A stretch of 64,000 bases of DNA from assembly GCA_044892505.1 (NCBI GenBank), contig CM097882.1:126046001-126110000 (forward strand). The letters run 5' to 3'. The notes below the pieces were generated by a model that did no database searches, was not told where the DNA came from, and saw nothing but the letters and a program-made list of their open reading frames with translations. Both the position numbers and the translations under genes were made by a program. This document shows positions 1-6,989 of this stretch, piece by piece. Origin of the DNA: Schmidtea nova (Eukaryota). The number at the start of each line of letters is the position of its first letter. Within the stretch, counting starts at the first letter, position 1.

Positions 1-620
1 GTCTCTGGTTTCCATTTACACACTTCTACGAATATACCAAATTCTTTTAAAAACGTTTCTAACTTGCTGGCATCTCCTTGAATGGTTCTCCAGTAAATTT
101 ATCTTTAATTTCTTCTTTATGCTCGTTCATTTCGATTCCGCTGTCTTGTGTCGTTTTACTCTCGTTTCCTCTTGTTTCACTAGTATGCTCGTTATTCGTT
201 TCGTTTGAATTATTATCAATTTCTGCTTCTACTTCTTCTGTGTTTATTGACTCGTTATCTGGTACTTCCGTATTATTATAATTATCGTAGGTTTCACTTG
301 AACTTTCTTCTGTTTCACTTTCGTTAGTTTTTGTTAATTTACTGTTTTCGATTTTTGACTTTTCTACTATTACTCTTCTTGATTTACTTCCTTTAGGATT
401 TGTTTTCTTTGTAACACTGGTTGCTCTTTGTTTCGATTTACTTCTCTGGGAGTTATCAACTTTTTCGATTGTAGCACTAACTGCTCTTGATCTCAATTTA
501 TTTCTTTGTGAATTATTAACTTCTTGGTTTTTAACTGTTCTTGATCTCGGTTTACTTTTCTTTAATTTATCAATTTTTCTGTTTCTCTGTTATCGTATTC
601 TGATTGATTGGTTGGTTAGT
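1..620 (-). pseudogene. Ty3/gypsy-like gag N-terminal region, frameshifted, runs off left edge
   Basis: ORF 59-496 (basic RSKSRSR-type repeats then acidic stretch) ends KFTGEPFK. After a 1-nt shift the reading continues (G)DASKLETFLKEFGIFVEVCKWKPE, matching the P-F-x-G...F...F......W start of retrotransposon capsid domains. It lies downstream of an LTR and PBS on the same strand. Confidence 0.55.
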
Positions 621-1175
621 TTGACTTGTTCTGTTCCGTATATCTAAATTAAAAAGTCACTTCAACGATACATCATTGTTATCGTTGCGCTTTTATTCCT
701 CATTATTGGGTTTCCATTGTTTCCCCATTCCCGGTTTCCCCTTTATTTAAGTCTATTTAAATTATCTATTCACTGGTAACAATTATCTATATGGTCGTAA
801 TAATTATCTATCGTTATCAAATAAATTCATTACTTTTCCCTCAGTCTCCCAATTAAATTTGTCGCTCAAACGCTTTAATTCCCTTGAGTTCTCCTGACTC
901 AATTATCATTTTACCACTATTTACTATATCATCGTTACTCATTATTCCCACTATTGGTCATCTCTAATTTCTCATCATTACTCACTATTCTTACTAATTC
1001 TGGTCAACTCCAATTTCTCCTATTTTTATTTCCACTTGTATGCATACTGTATCTCTAGTTTACTTAATCATCTTTACTCATATTAATCAAATTCTAATGC
1101 TCACTATTCTTACTTCGTCGACGACTACAACTCTAGGTTCCTATTCCTTTCGTTGTCATTTAATTTCACACAATT

Positions 1176-2017
1176 GCAAACCTGGGTTCAAATTCCTTAG
1201 GTTGCTAAATTTACTAAATCTCAACAATTACAACCATAGGTTCATATTCCTTATGTTGTTATCCACAATGCAATCAAAGGTTCATATTCCTTCTGTTGCT
1301 ATCACTATTGCAATCATAGGTTCACATTCCTTATGCTGCCAACAATCATGAGTTCATATTCTCATGTTACTATTATTCACTGCAATCATAGGTTCAAATT
1401 CTTATGTTGCCTACAATCATGAGTTCATATTCTCATGTTGCTATTATTCACTGCAATCATAGGTTCAAATTCTTATGTTGCCTACAATCATGAGTTCATA
1501 TTCTCATGTTGCTATTATTCACTGCAATCATAGGTTCAAATTCTTATGTTGCCTACAATCATGAGTTCATATTCTCATGTTGCTATTATTCACTGCAATC
1601 ATAGGTTCAAATTCTTATGTTGCCTACAATCATGAGTTCATATTCTCATGTTGCTATTATTCACTGCAATCATAGGTTCAAATTCTTATGTTGCCTACAA
1701 TCATGAGTTCATATTCTCATGTTGCTATTATTCACTGCAATCATAGGTTCAAATTCTTATGTTGCCTACAATCATGAGTTCATATTCTCATGTTGCTATT
1801 ATTCACTGCAATCATAGGTTCAAATTCTTATGTTGCCTACAATCATGAGTTCATATTCTCATGTTGCTATTATTCACTGCAATCATAGGTTCAAATTCTT
1901 ATGTTGCCTACAATCATGAGTTCATATTCTCATGTTGCTATTATTCACTGCAATCATAGGTTCAAATTCTTATGTTGCCTACAATCATGAGTTCATATTC
2001 TCATGTTGCTATTATTC
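1176..2017. repeat. Tandem array of hairpin units: 9 near-identical 71-bp units (starts 1381, 1452 ... 1949) preceded by diverged units
   Basis: Unit TGCAATCATAGGTTCAAATTCTTATGTTGCCTACAATCATGAGTTCATATTCTCATGTTGCTATTATTCAC; period 71 counted directly. Each unit is a dimer of a stem-loop subunit. Confidence 0.95.
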
Positions 2018-2365
2018 TTTGTTATCATATTAACTTTTATTCTCGTTATTTCTTACTGATCAGTTTTCTGTTCTCTCTTTTTATTTATATTTTCTACGCG
2101 CACTTAAACCTCATTAGATTGTCCCTACCTTTCACCCCAACCAAAACATACAAAAAGATCGCATTGGTCTACTAATGCAAGATGTGGTGATCAGTCACAT
2201 CACAAAAGCTTTCCAATTTCCGCGATGGGCCCCTTTCTATACATCTCGGGTAAGTTGATCAGTTGGTTCCTCCCAATGGGTGCTTAACGGACTACTCGTG
2301 AGCAGCTCAAAAATTATTTATAAATATCAATTGTTATTATGATTTCTGTCATTGCCATTATCAAC

Positions 2366-2540
2366 TCTCATTTTAAATTCTCATTATTAATTCTCATTAT
2401 CAAGTATCGTATTAATTCTCATTATAAATTCTCATATTAATTCTCATTATGAATTATCATATTAATTCCCATCAGGAATTACCACATTAATTCCCATTAC
2501 GAATTCTCATATTAATTCTCATTATTAATTCTCATATTTT
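2366..2540. repeat. Degenerate short tandem repeat (AATTCTCATT-like)
   Basis: Repeated ttaattctcat(att) motifs visible directly. Confidence 0.7.
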
Positions 2541-2580
2541 ATTCATTACGAGTAATATTACTAAATTCATCATTTATTTA

Positions 2581-3042
2581 TTACAAATACACAGTAATTC
2601 TTTCGTCTATTTCGAGATTGCACATCGGGCATTTGTCGCAATTGGCTGCACAGATTCTACAAAACCGGAAATGTCCACATGGTAAAAACATGATTTTATT
2701 CTCTCTTTCTCGACATATGTAACAGAGTTTAAATTTCTTAGCTGTCTCAGTTCCTTGTATCGTCCACTTGTGGTATGTTGGAGTTAATTGTTGTTCTAGC
2801 TGTCTGCATTTTATGTTTACATCAGCATTTTCTAATCTCGTTCGGTACCACTTGTATCTAGTTGTTATATCTATTTTGTCTACTCTTTCCAATATTTTTA
2901 TCAGCTCTGTTGTCTCTTCAGTTTGTGTCATGGGTTCTTTGAATCCGGATTCTCTTATTCGACTTATTTTCTCGCATAATTCATCGTATGTTTTGTTTTC
3001 CGTGTTTAAGAATTCTTCTATTTCTTTTAATTTGTCGTTCAT
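2581..3042 (-). CDS. Coiled-coil + C-terminal C3HC4 RING protein (IAP/MDM2-type RING, putative E3 ligase), no BIR domain
   Basis: Intact 153-aa ORF with CYIC...FLPCGHFRFCRICAANCDKCPMC and a terminal ITVYL tail typical of C-terminal IAP-type RINGs. Intronless; an acceptor-like TTTAG lies 2 nt before the ATG. Confidence 0.85.
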   Translation of the reverse strand: MNDKLKEIEEFLNTENKTYDELCEKISRIRESGFKEPMTQTEETTELIKILERVDKIDITTRYKWYRTRLENADVNIKCRQLEQQLTPTYHKWTIQGTETAKKFKLCYICRERENKIMFLPCGHFRFCRICAANCDKCPMCNLEIDERITVYL

Positions 3043-3344
3043 TGCTAAATAGTTGATATTATTAATATATTTGCTGTTTTATTTGGTATATAAAAAAATA
3101 AAGTTTTCAATATCTTGTTTCTCTGTTTGTTTGATTTGTGTCGGTCAAAAGTAGTGGTACATTTCGTTTTCTGATGTTAAACCTCTCCCTGCTTCATCAA
3201 ATTGTCGTCCCGACATATTTATTTATGTTTATTTATTTTATTTTAAATATCAATTATTAGTCGTCTGTTGTTATATTTATTCAATCATTGTTTTTCAAGA
3301 TTCTCTGTTGATATTGTTTTCACTTTTATACAAAATCAATTACA

Positions 3345-3500
3345 TTTTCGGCTGAGGGGCACTTTAAAACTCCTGGTTATTATTGGATTCAATTTTCCGC
3401 ACAAAAACCAATTTAATCCCGGCTGAGTGGCACTTTAAAACTCCCTGTTATTGTTGGATTCAATTTTTCGCACAAAAACTAATTTCATCCCGGCTGAGCC
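3345..3500. repeat. 71-bp tandem duplication containing degenerate PBS copies
   Basis: CGGCTGAG recurs at 3349, 3420 and 3491; the intervening GGCACTTTAAAACTCC...TTGGATTCAATTTT-CGCACAAAAAC sequences align. Confidence 0.9.
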
Positions 3501-3504
3501 CCCA
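3487..3504 (-). promoter_or_regulatory. Primer-binding site complementary to the tRNA-Pro 3' end
   Basis: Minus strand TGGGGGCTCAGCCGGGAT versus the classical tRNA-Pro PBS TGGGGGCTCGTCCGGGAT (16/18), a few nt after the LTR-terminal CA. Confidence 0.85.
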
Positions 3505-3599
3505 AATTTATGTTGTTGGTCTCTGGATTGGGTTAAAACAAAAATAGTAAATTAAACTAATAATTATTTTTAAACGCTCTAGGGATTCCTCCATCCAAA

Positions 3600-3790
3600 A
3601 CCTCACATAAAATGCTTGCATATCACACGAGCACCCTCGATCATTTCCCTGTGATAATCGAGTTGGAAATGTGCAAGGTGTTTGAACAATGATGGGCAGG
3701 TGAGCTCTATTGCTAAAACTACTCCCCATTTATGTTCACGGGTTCGTCTCGCTGCCGATAGAAGGACTTACGCTTTTACTTTAATCTATC
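3600..3790 (-). other. Highly conserved non-coding U5 block (block A)
   Basis: Near-identical to ~16065-16250 while flanks diverge; diverged copy at ~29440-29615; contains stem CTCGATTAT...ATGATCGAG. Confidence 0.8.
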
Positions 3791-4118
3791 CGCATCCATT
3801 ATGTTTCATTTCAATGTGTCTTTAGCCCCCTTTCTTTACAATATATTTCAACTTTCAACTTTTCTTTCAGCCCCCTTCTTTACAATATCAACAAGTAATC
3901 TTTAGTCAATTACAATATATTATCTCTTTAATGTTTCTATTGTTTATTAGATTTATGTTAATCTTATTGTTAATTCTAATGTATAGTTAATTTAATCCAT
4001 TTTTTCCTTTAAATTATTTTAAATTTTTAATAAATCACTCTATTTCATATACTTTACGATAAAATAAATACAAAACAAAAATTATTTAATACGCGAAAAT
4101 AACTACATCACAGAATTC

Positions 4119-4712
4119 CTATTCAAAGTATTTGGTAATGTCTTCATCTGATATTGCAAAGTTCATAGTTAGATCAATTTCGGGAATTTCTGTTGATTGT
4201 TGTGCCAATTGCTGAAGAACTTGTTTCTTCCAGCGACGCTGGCGCGCTCCCATCTTGCTCTTCTTCTTCCTTTTACCATCTGGATTTGTCGTGTTCTTTG
4301 GTGTACTTGCTGCTATTGTTATTGCGCGAACCTGAGATGGTTCCTCGGTGTTCGTTCCTTTTGTGCATCCTGCTTTCTCGTCAGCCCAATGCTGATAAGT
4401 GATTGGACGAATGAGCTGGCTGAGCTCTTGAGTTAAATACGACGCCGTTACAGATTTTAGACATTTCTTTAGTTCCATCTTCGTCGCGTCCAATTCCATT
4501 TGGATCTCTTCGTTTGCTCGCTGTGAGCGTTGATTTTTTATAATTTGTGTTTTCATCTGCTCCGGACTGAACCAGCTTTTCTTCAGGTTTGAGATTATGC
4601 CATCGGCTTCTTTTATTTTTTCAGATTTCCGTAACATTTCTTTTTCGAGGCTGCGGATTATCCTCCATGCTTTATCCAATTCGGCTTGATTAGTTGCTGT
4701 ATTGGCTGACAT
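4119..4712 (-). CDS. LTR-encoded 197-aa protein: N-terminal coiled coil, Arg/Lys-rich motif KRKKKSKMGARQRRWKKQ, acidic/hydrophobic C-terminus; function unknown
   Basis: Intact ORF with a paralog at 16537-17127 (roughly 70% aa identity by eye). ELDKAWRIIRSLEKE shows 9 of 15 codons with synonymous differences and no replacements. Confidence 0.9.
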   Translation of the reverse strand: MSANTATNQAELDKAWRIIRSLEKEMLRKSEKIKEADGIISNLKKSWFSPEQMKTQIIKNQRSQRANEEIQMELDATKMELKKCLKSVTASYLTQELSQLIRPITYQHWADEKAGCTKGTNTEEPSQVRAITIAASTPKNTTNPDGKRKKKSKMGARQRRWKKQVLQQLAQQSTEIPEIDLTMNFAISDEDITKYFE

Positions 4713-4840
4713 TCTCTAAAATTCAAGATGATTTATTAACATGAAATTGGTAGTCTTGATTCGAACGATTCTCATACTTTTGACGGTTATCGATTGCTAA
4801 TTCAGGAAAAGAAAATGATTTACCTATTACACTTTCAACA

Positions 4841-4976
4841 CTGTCGCTATGTACAGCGATCAGATACATTTATTTCATAATACGTTTTATTTATTCACGC
4901 CTGTGCTATATACAGCAATCAGGTTACCAAATTATTTAAATAAACTAAGATCCACTGCCCTATGTACAGGGTTCAG
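4841..4976 (-). other. Three conserved stem-loops (class II) with sense-strand UGUA(C/U)AUA
   Basis: Plus strand CTGTCGCT-ATGTAC-AGCGATCAG (4841), CTGTGCT-ATATAC-AGCAATCAG (4901), CTGCCCT-ATGTAC-AGGGTTCAG (4955). Conserved at 17253, 17313 and 17369 with diverged spacers. Confidence 0.85.
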
Positions 4977-5357
4977 GATAAGCAATTATATTTAATTATT
5001 TATGTGGAATGTTTGATCCTATAGCCTATTGCTGCTATGTTACTTGCGTAGTAGATCACTACGCTATTAGAGTTATCGATTTTTGATAATGTTATTAAAA
5101 ATATGTTTTGTACAAATTCTTAACCGTATATCTGCCGCTCTATGCCCACAAACCCCAGATGTGACAATCGAAAAATATAGGTGAATACTCGGTGAATCTC
5201 AAGGTAAAATCAGATTACTAAAATCGCAGTTACATCTGTATCCAACTAAAATCAAACTCAACTCAACTATAAACTTAAAAAATCAATTCGGTTATAAAAT
5301 AAAAACTTCAACTGGCTATACTCCAGTGAAAAATAAGGTTAGAAATCAAAAAATAAA

Positions 5358-5478
5358 AATTCCTACCCTCTTCACGGCGCTTTACACCGGTCGGACGGCC
5401 CAACTGTACGGAGCAGTCATTCTACTCGGCACAGTATGCCTCCATTTCACCGATTGCACGGTGATCGGAGCCCCTTAA
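5358..5478 (-). other. Conserved GC-rich structured block (block B)
   Basis: Aligns with ~17768-17888; compensatory CACCG/CGGTG to CATCG/CGATG stem change; GGCA-CAGTA-TGCC hairpin. Confidence 0.7.
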
Positions 5479-5533
5479 ATCATACGTAATTTTCTACTAT
5501 AACTACGGTATATAAATAATATATATTCGCCTC

Positions 5534-5726
5534 CTTCCACTGATTTCACAGTGGAAGAAGCTCGACCCAAAAATTTATTCATAAAAGAATTTATACTTAT
5601 ACGTATTTGTTAGCATTCTACCATAAGATTATCTCCTTCCACTGATTTCACAGTGGAGGAAGCTTAATAAAATATAAATAGGTATATAGATATCTTTGCC
5701 TCCTTCCACCGATTTCACGGTGGAAG
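5534..5726 (-). other. Three conserved stem-loops (class I), CTTCCAC(T/C)G-ATTTCA-C(A/G)GTGGAAG
   Basis: Copies at 5534, 5636 and 5703 with unrelated AT-rich spacers; compensatory T-A to C-G change in the third; two copies at ~17940 and ~18020. Confidence 0.9.
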
Positions 5727-5857
5727 AAGCTTGAATATTTCTAAATTCAAAGAAAAGAATAAATCCTAGATAACATTTCATAAAGTTTATTGATAATCAC
5801 ATAATGGCTAACAGAAATCATAAAACAATAGTAACAAAATTATCAAAAATCAAAAAT

Positions 5858-6058
5858 CCATACCTGTTAGTTTTTTCAATAAATTCGTCTCACAAAAGTT
5901 GTAAATAACAAAATGTTGAAAATTATCATACATATATATTTAACTGAATCTGGATCAGTATTTATACTGACCAGATCAGATGCTGAACCAATCAGCGTGA
6001 AGCTGATGTTCAGATCGCTACAAATAATAAATTTCATTAATAATCAAATCGATTGGTT
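5858..6058 (-). promoter_or_regulatory. LTR promoter (two CCAAT boxes, TATAAATA at 5966-5959) and first 5' splice site (CAG|GTATGG, GT at 5863-5862)
   Basis: TATA-like (TATATATA ~18265), AACCAATCAG (~18291) and TAG|GTATGG (18158) are conserved in LTR2 despite divergent flanks. Confidence 0.6.
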
Positions 6059-6351
6059 TGCTTTAAATCGCTAACAATTTGTTGTTTTTGATTTTTAATA
6101 TTCTGTAATTCTTTTTCTTTATTATTTCTTTATTTTGCCTTAAATATAATTAAATATCATTGTTTCTTTAACACTTTTACATTTTCTATTTACTTTCTTC
6201 TAAATTTTGATAGAAAATTAATATTCTTTATTACATTTTAATTCGTTTTTTACTGATATTTCTCGTAATTATATTCATTTAATTTGTTCCTATTTATTTC
6301 TTATTATTATTATTTTTTATGTTAAATGTGGATCAAATGGTGGATCCAACA

Positions 6352-6985
6352 AAATTTAACCATGATACTTGCACTTTTTAAAATTTTAAAAAATTATTTA
6401 AATTTGAAATTAATCATCGATGACGTCATAGATTTGAAATTTGAAATGAGTCATCGAGGAGTCATCAATTTAAATTTTTAAAATTTTAAAAAATCTAAAA
6501 AATAACTTTGAAAAAAATAGCTGAGTGATCGATAACTCCGAAAAACAAAAAAAATTTGAGAAATAATCAAAATTGAGAAAGTTCAAAAAAAAATTGCTTA
6601 TTTTTCGATGAGTCATAAAAGTTTTGGATGAGTCATCCATTAGTAAGCGATTGGTCCAATAAAATTTTTTTTTTAAACAGAAAATTTTTCGAAAATATAA
6701 GATAACAGAAAAAAGTAAAAAAAGTAAATAAAAAAATGTTTTTTAAAAACAGAAAATATTTCAAAAAAAAGGTAAAAAAAATAAAGGTAAAAAAAAAGTA
6801 AAAAAAAAGTTTTTAAAAAACAGAAATTTTTTCGAAAAAAAGGTAAAAAAAGATAGAAAAAAATTTTAAAAATTTTTTTGACTCCCCTCGCACACGCAAA
6901 AAAATTGCCGCCCCCTACCCCCCAAGGGGCTTGGTAACTAATATGTCTTTGTTTGAATTTTTACGCCCACGCATTTCTACCTACT
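6352..6985. repeat. Dispersed repeat, truncated copy (family unassigned)
   Basis: Aligns with ~22018-22690 (AAATTT(A/G)ACCATGATAC...GATGAGTCATC...CCCTACCCC...TTACGCCCACGC); cut on the left by LTR1. Confidence 0.8.
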
Positions 6986-6989
6986 CAAT

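Larger units (their letters stand above)
3511..6351 (-). mobile_element. 5' LTR (~2.84 kb) of a large Ty3/gypsy-like retrotransposon (LTR1)
   Basis: Ends TGTTG(TTG)G...CCAACA (left end 3511 or 3514). Collinear homology with 15985-18657 over the full length; abuts the PBS; right end interrupts another repeat. Confidence 0.85.

Noticed and set aside
1176-1206. tRNA gene or SINE suggested by GGGTTCAAAT
   Set aside because: No A box, D arm or anticodon arm; only a T-loop-like hairpin.
3504-3510. AAATTTA on both sides of LTR1 as a 7-bp TSD
   Set aside because: The left copy is the LTR-PBS spacer and the right copy belongs to the interrupted repeat; the family makes 4-bp TSDs.
3600-5480. Hammerhead, HDV-like or group II ribozyme in the conserved blocks
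   Set aside because: No CTGA(T)GA...GAAA core, HDV pseudoknot or domain V could be built by eye; self-cleavage remains untested.
4841-5730. CRISPR-like appearance (palindromic 23-33-bp repeats with 30-70-bp unique spacers)
   Set aside because: Eukaryotic LTR context, no cas genes, repeats differ by compensatory stem changes, and spacers are irregular and homologous between LTR copies.
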